DNA of 64,000 bases from Haliotis cracherodii (Eukaryota), in contig NW_027266343.1 of assembly GCF_022045235.1 (NCBI RefSeq), positions 52,824,001 through 52,888,000 of the forward strand, in the 5' to 3' direction. Shown here in pieces: positions 1 to 14,140 of the stretch. The position numbers were made by a program, and so were the translations under genes. The stretch's first letter is position 1. The number at the start of each line of letters is the position of its first letter. Below the pieces are notes generated by a model. That model was not told the origin of the DNA, did not search any database, and was given only the letters and a program-made list of their open reading frames with translations.

Positions 1-10
1 TATGCACTGT

Positions 11-1155
11 TTGTATTGTCAGCAAACGTCGTTCTAGTTGTATAATATTCACAAGAGAAACAAGCAAAGTGATCTAGTGAGGTTGATTGATCAAACCAAT
101 TATGAAATTAATGACATGACAAGTTGGTTTCAAAGAGGTTTGGGAGAGACAGTATCAAGACATTTTACTTAATTTTATAGTGTTCGATGTAGTTTTTTTA
201 GGCAAAGGTTAGTTTTGCATGACCAAACATAGGCTATGTAGTACAATTGTTCAAATTGAGTTGACTAATATACAAGTATTTGCAACACACAAACACACAA
301 ACTTTGAAACAAACATTCTATATGTTTAATTTTGTGGATTATATCTTGCACCGAACTATAAAAAAATGGTAATACTATATATAGGAATGTTAGTAGTTTT
401 AGAAAACGGTTTACTTGTAAAGACGTGTACATGCACGAAATGCATCACGGCATAGTGTGTTATGAACATGACGTGTGTGTGACAGGTGTTTCATTATATC
501 AACCTGTCGTGCCCATGCCAACACGCACGCTCCATAAATATTTCATTATATATATGCACGTTAACAGTAGACACCCAATCTATGCTGACATGTGACGTCT
601 TGCTGAGCTGGGACAAAATAATGTAAATGAGGTTATTTTCATATTGTTGTATAACGACATGGGTTGTATAAAACGGTATGTGAATGTATACAAAATGGAA
701 TACTGGGATGAACTAACGGGTCAACTCTACAATATTGTTTTGAATTCAGTTGTATTCTTATCATAGGCCATAGTTTAAATCAAATATACCTGATATGGAC
801 GACAAAAAACAATACATATTGCTTGAAAAATATAAATTTGAAAACCCAACGACGCGGAAGATGTTATGATGAAGCAAACAGTAATATGTTTCGAGCTAGG
901 TTACAACAACAGTATTTGTTTGTTTGTTTGTTGTTTACCTCCGCACTCGGCAACACTCCGGTTATACCCAACAACCTTACATTATGTTTATGATATATAT
1001 TCTTTTCATTACAGATCCGTATGGTGAAGCGTTGGCCGTCAGCGATGCAGGGTTTCACATACAATACACGTAGACCTTAACATTATCACGGAAGTTGGTA
1101 AAGATATAAGACACGGAACGCTGGAGATATTATCGTGACACACGTGACAAGGAAA
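11..1155. repeat. Segmental duplication copy 1 (paralogous to 56159-56941)
   Basis: Collinear match to 56159-56941, from TTGTATTGTCAGCAAACG to CACGTGACAAGGAAA; copy 2 lacks roughly 200-478 and other blocks. Confidence 0.9.
1015..1080 (+). other. Possible terminal exon of an unidentified gene
   Basis: Acceptor-like TTCTTTTCATTACAG at 1000-1014, then a more GC-rich block conserved in the duplicate. The frame is ambiguous: (D)PYGEALAVSDAGFHIQYT* or IRMVKRWPSAMQGFTYNTRRP*. Confidence 0.3.
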
Positions 1156-1399
1156 CGTTACATTTTGAGTAATCACAAGACCTGTCTTGTTGACTTCCTA
1201 ATGACAAACAACCATCACGTTACTCACGAGGAGGTGACTACCGTTTTTTATATACCACATGATATTATATATTTGTAAATCCCGACATGTGTGCAATATT
1301 GGACTTTCGACTCTGAACTTGTCACATGCTTTCACACTTCACAATAACCCGCTTGCACTTTGCGTCTTAAGTGCCTACTCTTTGTTCTCCATATATATA

Positions 1400-4300
1400 G
1401 TCAACTGTGTCCCCAGTGACACGTTTTCCCCACGTCTGTTAGTCAACTGTGTCTTTAAATCTGTGTGATAAATTTTAGCAATTTCTATAAGTCAACTGTG
1501 TCTTGATTGAAACAAAACTGTCCATGTAAGTCAACTGCATGTGCCTTTATTGATACATTTTCTCAAATTTTATTAGTCAACTGTGTCTTCATTGATAGGT
1601 TTTCTCAAATTCTATTGGTAACTGTGTCTTCATTGATACGTTTTCTCAAATTCTATTGGTAACTGAGTCTTCATTGATCCATTTTCTCAAATTCTATTGG
1701 TAACTGTGTCTTCATTGATCCATTTTCTCAAATTCTATTAGTCAACTGTGTCTTCATTGATACGTTTTCTCAAATTCTATTAGTCAAATGTGTCTTCATT
1801 GATCCATTTTCTCAAATTCTATTTGTAACTGTGTCTTCATTGATAGGTTTTCTCAAATTCTATTGGTAACTGTGTCTTCATTGATCCATTTTCTCAAATT
1901 CTATTAGTCAACTGTGTCTTCATTGATACGTTTTCTCAAATTCTATTAGTCAAATGTGTCTTCATTGATCCATTTTCTCAAATTCTATTAGTAACTGTGT
2001 CTTCATTGATAGGTTTTCTCAAATTCTATTGGTAACTGTGTCTTCATTGATACGTTTTCTCAAATTCTATTGGAAACTGTGTCTTCATTGATCCATTTTC
2101 TCAAATTCTATTGGTAACTGTGTCTTCATTGATCCATTTTCTCAAATTCTATTGGTAACTGTGTCTTCATTGATCCATTTTCTCAAATTCTATTGGTAAC
2201 TGTGTCTTCATTGATCCATTTTCTCAAATTCTATTAGTAACTGTGTCTTCATTGATACGTTTTCTCAAATTCTATTAGTCAAATGTGTCTTCATTGATCC
2301 ATTTTCTCAAATTCTATTAGTAACTGTGTCTTCATTGATAGGTTTTCTCAAATTCTATTGGTAACTGTGTCTTCATTGATCCATTTTCTCAAATTCTATT
2401 GGTAACTGTGTCTTCATTGATACGTTTTCTCAAATTCTATTGGTAACTGTGTCTTCATTGATACGTTTTCTCAAATTCTATTGGTAACTGTGTCTTCATT
2501 GATACGTTTTCTCAAATTCTATTGGTAACTGTGTCTTCATTGATCCATTTTCTCAAATTCTATTGGTAACTGTGTCTTCATTGATCCATTTTCTCAAAAT
2601 CTATTGGTAACTGTGTCTTCATTGATCCATTTTCTCAAATTCTATTGGTAACTGTGTCTTCATTGATCCATTTTCTCAAATTCTATTAGTAACTGTGTCT
2701 TCATTGATACGTTTTCTCAAATTCTATTGGTAACTGTGTCTTCATTGATCCATTTTCTCAAATTCTATTGGTAACTGTGTCTTCATTGATCCATTTTCTC
2801 AAATTCTATTGGTAACTGTGTCTTCATTGATACGTTTTCTCGAATGCTATTGGTAACTGTGTCTTCATTGATACGTTTTCTCAAATTCTATTAGTAACTG
2901 TGTCTTCATTGATCCATTTTCTCAAATTCTATTGGAAACTGTGTCTTCATTGATCCATTTTCTCAAATTCTATTAGTAACTGTGTCTTCATTGATCCATT
3001 TTCTCAAATTCTATTGGTAACTGTGTCTTCATTGATCCATTTTCTCAAATTCTATTGGTAACTGTGTCTTCATTGATCCATTTTCTCAAATTCTATTGGT
3101 AACTGTGTCTTCATTGATCCATTTTCTCAAATTCTATTGGTAACTGTGTCTTCATTGATCCATTTTCTCAAATTCTATTGGTAACTGTGTCTTCATTGAT
3201 CCATTTTCTCAAATTCTATTGGTAACTGTGTCTTCATTGATACGTTTTCTCAGATTCTATTGGTAACTGTGTCTTCATTGATACATTTTCTCAAATTCTA
3301 TTAGTCAACTGTGTCTTCATTGATACGTTTCCTCAGATTCTATTGGTAACTGTGTCTTCATTGATACGTTTTCTCAAATTCTATTGGTAACTGTGTCTTC
3401 ATTGATACATTTTCTCAAATTCTATTAGTCAACTGTGTCTTCATTGATACGTTTTCTCAAATTCTATTAGTAACTGTGTCTTCATTGATACGTTTTCTCA
3501 AATTCTATAAGTAACTGTGTCTTCATTGATACGTTTTCTCAAATTTTATTGGTAACTGTGTCTTTATTGATACATTTTCTCAATTTCTATTAGTCAACTG
3601 TGTCTTCATTGAACGTTTTCTCAGATTCTGTTGGTAACTGTGTCTTCATTGATACGTTTTCTCAAATTCTATAAGTAACTGTGTCTTCATTGATACGTTT
3701 TCTCAGATTCTATTGGTAACTGTGTCTTCATTGATACGTTTTCTCAAATTCTATTGGTAACTGTGTCTTCATTGATACGTTTTCTCAAATTCTATAAGTA
3801 ACTGTGTCTTCATTGATACGTTTTCTCAAATTCTATTGGTAACTGTGTCTTCATTGATGCATTTTCTCAAATTCTATTAGTCAACTGTGTCTTCATTGAT
3901 ACGTTTTCTCAAATTCTATTGGTAACTGTGTCTTCATTGATGCATTTTCTCAAATTCTATTAGTCAACTGTGTCTTCATTGATACGTTTTCTCAAATTCT
4001 ATTGGTAACTGTGTCTTCATTGATCCATTTTCTCAAATTCTATTGGTAACTGTGTCTTCATTGATACGTTTTCTCAAATTCTATTAGTCAACTGTGTCTT
4101 CATTGATACGTTTTCTCAAATTCTATTGGTAACTGTGTCTTCATTGATACGTTTTCTCAAATTCTATTGGTAACTGTGTCTTCATTGATACGTTTTCTCA
4201 AATTTCTATTAGTCAACTGTGTCTTCATTGATACGTTTTCTCAAATTCTATTAGTAACTGTGTCTTCATTGACACATTTTCTCAAATTCTATTAGTAACT

Positions 4301-4412
4301 GTGTCTTCATTGACACATTTTCTCAAATTCTATCAGTCAAATGTGTCTTCATTGATCCATTTTCTCGATATCTATGAGTCAACTGTGTCTTCATTTATAC
4401 ATTTTCTCAAAT
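1400..4412. repeat. 41/42-bp minisatellite, about 70 copies
   Basis: Unit GTAACTGTGTCTTCATTGATCCATTTTCTCAAATTCTATTG, degenerate at both edges. Confidence 0.97.
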
Positions 4413-6664
4413 TGTTCATTTCTACGTTAGTTTCTAAAATGACACTTCCATATATTTTTATGTTAATGGGCTTTTTACACCCACGAGTTTCATATCGCCT
4501 AATAAAGATAGATAAAATTGATATTAGTCAGGAGTCAGTTAATATTTCACGACAGGAAACTGGTGCTGGCGTAATGAGATAACTCGCAGTATCAGCACTG
4601 CACTGTTATCCCAGTTTCAATATGTTGCATAATTGATATTGATATTGGGATTGATATTCAAACAATGGGAGTCGGGGAATCTCAAATAGTGGGCATTACA
4701 AATTTGCTTTAACAACAGATCGTGTATATATTTCACTGCATTATTTTTACCAGGTTTACATTGAGGAGTAGAACACGATCCGTTCAATATTTATACTATC
4801 TAACCAATAGCTTTGTATGCTATTGTATCTGATATGAAGGCAACTGTACCCGGTGATGCATAGCTGTACATGTTTACAGTCACGTCTCAACTACAACGAA
4901 AATTTACAGTTCTTTAGATATACCGACCACGCTAAAAGATTGAAATAAATGTAAAAACTGAAAATTCTCATTTGTGACGCTATACATCAGTAATCATGTA
5001 ATTATGCTCGCGGAGGGCTACCGTCGTGAAAACGTGTGCCCAATCCTTTTCCTTGGGAATAAAATATGTTTAAATCAAATACAGTCCCGTAAAAACGTGT
5101 ATACTGTCTGATAATTCCACAAATTAGGACTATTAAAGGTTTTTAACGAATTCTAGAATCTTTATTTTACTAGAATATGAGGTTTATATATCGACCTCCT
5201 ACACGGTTGTGTAATCTACAGGAAAACCACAACGTTGAGCATTTGAAAGTATGAGCACAGGGAAACTCTACTATATCCAGTTTAACAAGTTTGTTTGAAA
5301 TACAACCGAGCTGACGCCCTATTACATGGCTGCTTCACAAGTATTCCCAAGTGTGACTATCTATTTGATGGGTGTTTCCAGGTTAATGTATATACAGCTT
5401 GAATTACCCCTCTATACACGTTTCATCTGAAGGCGTACACACTCCCCAATGCGTGACGTATTGTGTGGGCTTTGACCAGACTAGTAATGCAATTGTACAT
5501 GTATTTAAGATGTATTTTCCATGGATGTCGCAATTCCCTATGCACTGACTCCCTTCAAGGCTTGTCAATCCGGAGCCTTCATCAATCAGACTACGAGAAT
5601 ACAGGATAACTGGAGTTGGCCCAGTTTCGTTGATATCATCCCAACGCCGGAAGGAAATTCATATGATGTATATAGTGCATGATAGCATTTCCCTGAGGAA
5701 AACGGTGCTTGAGGGAACTGGGTCGTGGACAAATAGCTAGGAACTTTAACACACATGGATACTCACATACGTTGTTTTAAGACTATCGTCAAAGTGAAAT
5801 ACAACATTATCAAATCAATTATATAGTAACCCGGAAACCGGTTTATTCGCAGGACGAACCCTACGAAGTCGTGCGATTTTTTCTCGAAATCAGTTGTGCA
5901 AGTGTCTTGCTTAATCCGGATTAAGAGGGGGTCGTCTCCAAAGCAAAGATCAAAATTTAATATTCACGGTTCACTAAGATCGATGTGTTCTTACAAAGTC
6001 GACCTGAGCGTATACATTGATGTACATCGAGGTTCATAAAAAAGCATTTGCTTGACTGGACCTCAGAGGTTGTGATATGCAGACACCAAAGGCTGGACCT
6101 TCTGGAATGTTGCTCAACATAAAGATTGACGTCAAGTGGAAGTCAACCTCTTGTTATACAGCCATGTGGAGTTTTTCATGCATACAATAAACTTGAAGGG
6201 CAATTCACATTGGACGAATCATTTCAAATGTAGTTAAAAAGAACAGTCAGATAAACTCATTCCAATCATTAAAATGATTTCTGAAGCTCAAAAGGAATTC
6301 CGAGCGGATTTGCTTGTCATTCAATTCGTGTCCCACGGCCAGCGATGACACCAGTATTGTATGTGTTGACAAAGGCGAACATATCGAAGTATTTGCGAAT
6401 TTTTCAATGTTTGAGATGGAGCATGTTTACAGCATGCTAATAACATTCAAAAGAATCATAACCGCGAATAAATGTGAAAGTTTGACTTCAAGTTTCGCAC
6501 GCATTTTCCTTGTGTTGTATACAATAGTGTAACATTTGAATGTGACCAGAAACCTTCGGAATATATCAAATACTGGCTGTCATGTTGTGATTCGGTCGCT
6601 TTACGATCCCGATGATCTCAATGACACCAATGAATATGCGTAATATAACCACCAACACTGCTCA

Positions 6665-7291
6665 CCAGAGTGAGTGTTTTGGGCCTAGTAGAGGAGAGTG
6701 ACCTGACCTGAGCCTGGAGTTAGTGTTTTGGGCCTGGTAGAGGAGAGTGACCTGAGCCTGGAGTGTGTGTTTTGGGCCTGGTAGAGGAGAGTGACCTGAG
6801 CCTGGAGTGTGTGTTTTGGGCCTGGTAGAGGAGAGTGACCTGAGCCAGGAGTGTGTGTCGTGGGCCTGGTAGAGGAGAGTGACCTGAGCCTGGAGTGAGT
6901 GTTTTGGGCCTAGTAGAGGAGACTGACCCGAGGCTGGAGTGTGTGTTTTGGGCCTAGTAGAAGACAATGACCTGAGCCTGGAGTGTGTGTTTTGGGCCTA
7001 GTAGTGGAGAGTGATCTGAGCCTGGAGTGTGTGTTTTGGGCCTAGTAGAGGAGAGTGATCTGAGCCTGGAGTGTGTGTTTTGGGCCTAGTAGAGGAGAGT
7101 GACCTGAGCATGGAGTGTGTGTTTTGGGCCTAGTAGAGGAGAGTGACCTGAGCATGGAGTATGTGTTTTGGGCCTGGTAGAGGAGACTGACCTGACCCGA
7201 GGCTGGAGTGTGTGTTTTGGGCCTAGTAGAGGAGAGTGACCCGAGGCTGGAGTGTGTGTTTTGGGCCTAATAGAGGAGAGTGACCTGAGCC
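6665..7291. repeat. 44-bp minisatellite, about 14 copies
   Basis: Unit CTGGAGTGTGTGTTTTGGGCCTAGTAGAGGAGAGTGACCTGAGC. Confidence 0.95.
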
Positions 7292-7552
7292 AAGGATCAA
7301 ATCATTCTATAGTGAAGTTTTAGGGGATTGGTTTGAACCTGCTACACCGGCACCACCCACTCGATGTCAGATTATATAAACACGAACAGTGGACAAACAA
7401 TAATGGAATACAGAGACCTAGAATCCAATCTCGTGGACATTTTCCTGGACGCAATCCAGAATAATTTCCTTTGACACCGCGGTTTCGGGGTAAAACTTGA
7501 AAGCAAACAAAATAGTATTCGGAATATTCTTCATTAAATGTTACACTAGATC

Positions 7553-7714
7553 GCCTCAGAAAGTGAAGGGCTACGGTCAGCATCGACATTCACGGCAAGA
7601 CATCCCAGATTACAACCTGCAGTTTAACACAGAGCCTCGGAAATTAAAGGGCCACGGTCTGCATCGACATGCAGTGCAACACTTCCCACATTACAACCTG
7701 CAGTTTAACACAGA
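7553..7714. repeat. Diverged 81-bp dimer
   Basis: Two copies, each ending ATTACAACCTGCAGTTTAACACAGA. Confidence 0.8.
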
Positions 7715-7769
7715 ACTTAACTTACTACCGTTTGTATGACGTGTGACGTACGTATGAGGTGTAAAGGGT

Positions 7770-7885
7770 TTCGGGTCGAGTTCCGGATTATTTCATTTGT
7801 ACAACGAAGTCAATGTCTGGTGTCCGCCGCCGTGATATTGCTGGAATATTGCTAAAAACGGCGTAAAACCATATTCACTCACTCA
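7770..7885 (+). mobile_element. SINE family 1, degenerate copy
   Basis: CCGCCGTGATATTGCTGGAATATTGCTAAAAACGGCGTAAAACC plus (ACTC)n tail. Confidence 0.85.
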
Positions 7886-9159
7886 TGCAGCACACTCTGA
7901 AATATGTAATAAAGATATACTATTTTCGATCATGAGAAGTAAAGAAATGGAAATTTTCAGTTCGCGGCAGCTAAGTCGACAAAAAGCGAAACTTAAGTCC
8001 TAGTTTCACAATCACCATGTCGTAATTAACCGATAACTGAGGCGTAGTAACCCTTTAACTGTGACGTTACGAGATACGTATGTCTCCATTCCCCGAAACG
8101 ATAACGATATTGTTGATATCCGATATCAGAGTCGCAATTACGTGACACAAGAACTACGTCGCAGAAACGATATATCTTCATTTTAAGTATATTAAAATAT
8201 GTAATTACTATTTCGTAAATACGCGATAGTAAAATCGCACTGACTTCCCTACGTAGGACGCATTTTAAATCTCTCAAACCTGTTCCATCATTTGACAACT
8301 AGTATCTAAGATATTTATATGAGAACTTCGTTGCTTTGATTGGTTATTAAACTGTATGGGTATATTTCAACCAGCATCATGCTACCTTTGCTAAAAAAAT
8401 GTTCAATCAAAGTTACAACATTCAAGGCCTCAGTATACCTTTCATACCACTTTTCCCAATTCGATGCATCGATGCCCAAAATGATGGCCAATTCAATTAC
8501 TTGATTTACTTGTATCATATGTTCCCGCTTTCGTTTTAGGTGAACAATTGAGTTGCCATTGCATGTGTTTGTGATGGGTTTCATCAGTCAAACACTGGTG
8601 CTAAATGCATCCCACAGATTAACTGAACCATTATACTAATAGTTTTCAACACAAAGCAAGCACAAGAAATTCTAAATAATAATTCTCATGACACACGCAC
8701 AAAGCAGAACACTGAACTATTAGGCAAGGAACAAAAGGGCGAACCAAACACAAGCTGTTATAACAATAATGTTTTAAAGACATTGAATCATTCAGCTTGC
8801 TAACAGTGTGAGAATCGACCGAAACGACCCTATATGCAATAAACCAGAAATTATGATCCATAAATTTGCACGTTTTCTTACTTAATCAACTTCTAGAAAG
8901 GCAATCCAACAGTAAATTGAATCATGTTACATTGACGTTCTTTAAGAAATTGCAAACAAAATTAGGAAGGTTTAAAAAAGCCAAGATCCACATGTACAGA
9001 GTAAAATGACAAGGAAAATGTTGAAACTGATACGTGACTGATATGCCATGGACTACACAACAACTAGTAACTTTTAGTAAGGTCAGTTTGAAAAAGAAAT
9101 TCAAAAGCAAATTTGGAAAATACACCCAGTTTACATCTGCCCAGGTAGAAAACTAAATC

Positions 9160-11790
9160 AACACTACTGCAAAATGAGTGCAATCCATCATGTTTGTTCT
9201 TGTGAAAAGTTGTTAATCACTTTGTCAAAGTCAATATCAAGATCTCTGTGGATATGAAGCAGTGCTAGTACATTAAGCCGCTCGGTTACCATTGTTGACC
9301 TGAGATATGATTTGACACGTCTCAATGCAGTAGCAGGAAATTCTGGCAATGTGACAAGTGTTTAGGTAACATGAATATTTGGATAAAGAAAATCTTTTGC
9401 AAATGTTGCGCATAGCCACGATTGTTTCTCCCGTGCAGGGACATCTTGTCAGCGTGCTTTCTAGCGCCTGATTTCAACAGTTTGTTGTTTTTCAAAACGG
9501 CCGTTGGGACAACTCAGCATTTGTGTCATTTGCGGGGACATATGACCAAGCACGATATAGTGACGATTTTCTTCAAGTACATTTCTGAAGTTGATCCAGT
9601 GGCATGGCCGCGCATCATTTGATGTCCTACTCACCTTGGCATAGTAGGATCAATGGCATATTCATTCGATAAATCGTAGACATCTTTGAATAGCTATTCC
9701 CCTACAGTGATGCCTTCACGTTATTGTCTCTAAGAACTGATGACAACTTTGGCCTCACTTGATGCTCGAATGAGATCAGTGGTTGCCGACTACAGCATGA
9801 GCGGTTACTGGACTGTGTATTCGATGACAACTTTGGCCTCACTTGATGCTCGAATGAGATCAGTGGTTGCCGACTACAGCATGAGCGGTTACTGGACTGT
9901 GTATTCGATGACAACTTTGGCCTCACTTGATGCTCGAATGAGATCAGTGGTTGCCGACTACAACATGAGCGGTTACTGGACTGTGTATTCGATGACAACT
10001 TTGGCCTCACTTGATGCTCGAATGAGATCAGTGGTTGCCGACTACAACATGAGCGGTGACTGGACTGTGTATTCGATGACAACTTTGGCCTCACTTGATG
10101 CTCGAATGAGATCAGTGGTTGCCGACTACAGCATGAGCGGTTACTGGACTGTGTATTCGATGACAACTTTGGCCTCACTTGATGCTCGAATGAGATCAGT
10201 GGTTGCTGACTACAACATGAGCCGTTACTGGACTGTGTATTCGATGACAACTTTGGCCTCACTTGATGCCCGAATGAGATCAGTGGTTGCCGACTACAGC
10301 ATGAGCGGTTACTGGACTGTGTATTCGATGACAACTTTGGCCTCACTTGATGCTCGAATGAGATCAGTGGTTGCCGACTACAGCATGAGCGGTTACTGGA
10401 CTGTGTATTCGATGACAACTTTGGCCTCACTTGATGCTCGAATGAGATCAGTGGTTGCCGACTACAGCATGAGCGGTTACTGGACTGTGTATTCGATGAC
10501 AACTTTGGCCTCACTTGATGCTCGAATGAGATCAGTGGTTGCCGACTACAGCATGAGCGGTTACTGGACTGTGTATTCGATGACAACTTTGGCCTCACTT
10601 GATGCTCGAATGAGATCAGTGGTTGCCGACTACAGCATGAGCGGTTACTGGACTGTGTATTCGATGACAACTTTGGCCTCACTTGATGCTCGAATGAGAT
10701 CAGTGGTTGCCGACTACAGCATGAGCGGTTACTGGACTGTGTATTCGATGACAACTTTGGCCTCACTTGATGCTCGAATGAGATCAGTGGTTGCCGACTA
10801 CAGCATGAGCGGTTACTGGACTGTGTATTCGATGACAACTTTGGCCTCACTTGATGCTCGAATGAGATCAGTGGTTGCCGACTACAGCATGAGCGGTTAC
10901 TGGACTGTGTATTCGATGACAACTTTGGCCTCACTTGATGCTCGAATGTGATCAGTGGTTGCCGACTACAGCATGAGCGGTTACTGGACTGTGTATTCGA
11001 TGACAACTTTGGCCTCACTTGATGCTCGAATGTGATCAGTGGTTGCCGACTACAGCATGAGCGGTTACTGGACTGTGTATTCGATGACAACTTTGGCCTC
11101 ACTTGATGCTCGAATGAGATCAGTGGTTGCCGACTACAGCATGAGCGGTTACTGGACTGTGTATTCGATGACAACTTTGGCCTCACTTGATGCTCGAATG
11201 AGATCAGTGGTTGCCGACTACAGCATGGGCGGTTACTGGACTGTGTATTCGATGACAACTTTGGCCTCACTTGATGCCCGAATGAGATCAGTAGTTGCCG
11301 ACTACAGCATGAGCGGTTACTGGACTGTGTATTCGATGACAACTTTGGCCTCACTTGATGCTCGAATGAGATCAGTGGTTGCCGACTACAGCATGGGCGG
11401 TTACTGGACTGTGTATTCGATGACAACTTTGGCCTCACTTGATGCTCGAATGAGATCAGTGGTTGCCGACTACAGCATGAGCCGTTACTGGACTGTGTAT
11501 TCGATGATGTGCTGAGTAACAACAAGGTGTATGGTGAAATCCAATGATTGAATGATCATCTATATACGCCACCATCCTGTTTTACGGTCGTAAGAATATG
11601 AACGAATATGAACAACTTGCCCAGCGTGTTTCACAAATTTTAATTATCTTTCGTCAGGCATGTTCATTCGGTTCCGATTCTTCATTGAAAGCCACGAGGC
11701 GTGTTACGGAATATGAAAAGGCACAAGCAATGTATTCAACAGCTGACATGATCATGAGACGTACAAATCGTCAGGATACTGACGTCCACT
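9160..11790 (-). pseudogene. Degenerate hAT-superfamily transposase, interrupted by a minisatellite
   Basis: Minus-strand translation gives ...KIIKICETRWAS (~11600-11650, hAT CxTRW motif), DFTIHLVVTQHIIEYTVQ*RLML*SATTDLIRASSEAKVVI (~11420-11545) and the dimerisation domain ALRRVKSYLRSTMVTERLNVLALLHIHRDLDIDFDKVINNF (~9205-9330); stops and frameshifts present. Confidence 0.88.
9740..11503. repeat. 84-bp minisatellite, 21 near-identical copies
   Basis: Unit ATGACAACTTTGGCCTCACTTGATGCTCGAATGAGATCAGTGGTTGCCGACTACAGCATGAGCGGTTACTGGACTGTGTATTCG; 21 x 84 = 1764 bp. Confidence 0.98.
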
Positions 11791-13894
11791 AATAACCTGA
11801 ATACCGGTCAAGTGATCACTCTTTTTTGAGACACCATCATAACCCTGACCCTTATGAAGTCTTTGTTAGCACCGTATTTGTCTAATCCGAACACAAAAAC
11901 GGGTGCCCAGAAGCTGCCTCAATGTTCAAATATGCTGTAAACTACTCAGTTACACAAGTCCTACATGGACCCTTCAACCAACCATAAAAAATCCTAGGTT
12001 GAAATTTGGTCGCAATGATATCAAAATGGGGTTATAGATGTCAGAGCCGGGCGCAGTTATGACTTAGCATTGAACTCTGGGTAGGAGAGTGAGATCCATC
12101 CGTGACAGAAGCTTCGCAGAACGTTTACTTCAAATTGTGTTTAAATCATAGGGAAGTGTGTTTTTAACCTTGCTTTGGTTTCAAAGTTCCAATGCGTGTG
12201 CGCAACTAAAGACAAAAACAAGACATTGTGTTTCTGCTGTAGGAAGGACATTGATATTGGTACGTTTGGGAAAAGTGCACTAAAGTCTCAAAGACAAAGC
12301 AGTCGTCACCAGAAAAAAACTGACAGTCATTGTTGGGATTAAATTGAACCCCGTATAAACCATTTGTAAACAAGTGTGTAACACTTCTATATACACAGGG
12401 CGATTGCATAAAATCAGTTAGTCCCCGACGCAATATGCGTTTCGGCTATACACCAAGAAATGGAAACATTTAATTACATTATGTATTATATTTCAGTTTT
12501 AACATTGCTTTTTGATTTCCTTTATTGGTGTGTGGGACATTCAAATTTCAAAGTGAAAACACTTGCTCTACTTGCCACGCTGTACGCCAATGAACATGGC
12601 TAGGTTATTGTCGATAACAGTAGGTACTATCTTGGAAGAGACTTGACCATATAGTCTTGTCTTTTTAAGTTGTTTGTAAGTTGTTTGTCAGTTGTTTGTC
12701 AGGCACATTTCCATCCCATGTACAACTGGGGCAGTGTCAAAATATATGTCGTCACATTATTGGAACTAGATACTGAGAATGTCGTAATGGCTCGGAATAT
12801 AATCGGAATCGTACAATCGACTCTGCCTTTTAGCAGAGATTTGTTATGAATACGGAAAGCTTTTTGTCGATATTAAAATCTATATACACAGATGGTACAT
12901 GTAGTAATGATTGAGGGCGAATGTGGCGACAAGGGGGAACACTTCACGATAAAGGTTTAATCGCTTGTATTCTGAAATCACTAAGGATAATGGTGGCCCA
13001 AAATGGACGTGGAAACGATTTCGACATGTATTGAGTTATTTGAGTATTACCGGTATACGTTTTCATTCGAACTATATTATACATCTTTCAGAAAAGGAAA
13101 TTGAAAATGGCACGAAAACCATGAATATTGCCAAAACATTCTGTCAAATAAACATGAAACACAGAAAAGCCATTTAAGCCCCGAAATCATATGAGAAACA
13201 CGAAAAATAAATTTCAAACATTAAATATAAAGGAAAAACATCAACTGCTATTTTAACAGTGTTGGAGGTTTTCGGTTTAATGTGTATTTTGAGTTTATTC
13301 TATGTTTCTGATTTGAGTATATAGAGAAGCTCAATCGAGTGTCTTTAGATATCTAATATATCAACACGAGTTGATAAAAGTGGAAAAACTCAGAGACTTG
13401 CCGTCACAATGGTCTGCAAAGCATCGTGATGCTTGATATCACCCAAGGGATATCACCTACGGGAGCCAGTTTTGGATGATACACAACGTTTAGTGTGTTC
13501 GTGTTTGGTTGTCAAGAGATTTCAAGATCTAATCAAATGTTTTCTATTTGTTTTTTGTTTGACTTTACGTACTTTTAAGACACATAGTTCTGTTTTAATT
13601 TTCAGTAGTTTTGTAGATGAGTATATGTCTAATCATTTGCTGAAGCGTATTAAATAAAAACTTGTAGAATTCCAAAAGAAAACGAGTAATACACTTTTTT
13701 ATATAAGAAGGACACTGACTGCGAAAATGTTTCAATGTCTTGTTAAACCACCGTATTTGCTTCACAACCGCCTATAATACAAGATGTAGGGTACACAATT
13801 CTTATTAAACAAAGTTTACAGGACATCGCATGACAAAGGTATGGTCACAACTGTCACAGCCATTACAATGATAACAAGTCTGCTATAGAGCCAG

Positions 13895-14140
13895 AGGTAA
13901 GGTAAGGTGAAATGGGGTTTAACGTAGCGTTCAAGATTAGTGCACTTATATTGCGATGTGCGGGCACGTGTGTGTGTTTGTGTGTGTCTGTGCGTGCGTG
14001 CATGCATGCGCGCGCGCATGTGTGTGTGTGTGTGGCTGCTTAAACTAGTCCTGATTAATGCCGATTTTATTATGCTAGCCCAATGAGATAAAATGCCGCA
14101 GTTTAACATGAATACCCCACTCAGAACACTGACTCCCAGT
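13895..14140 (-). mobile_element. SINE family 2 (V-SINE/RUDI-like), 3' part
   Basis: Matches the 26328-26680 copy, with (ACCTT)n tail and internal (CA)n; family name assigned from recall, not a search. Confidence 0.8.

Noticed and set aside
9702-11525. 607-aa, 403-aa and 158-aa repeat-protein ORFs
   Set aside because: They are by-products of an 84-bp array; the ancestral frame is a stop-containing hAT transposase and there is no unique coding flank.
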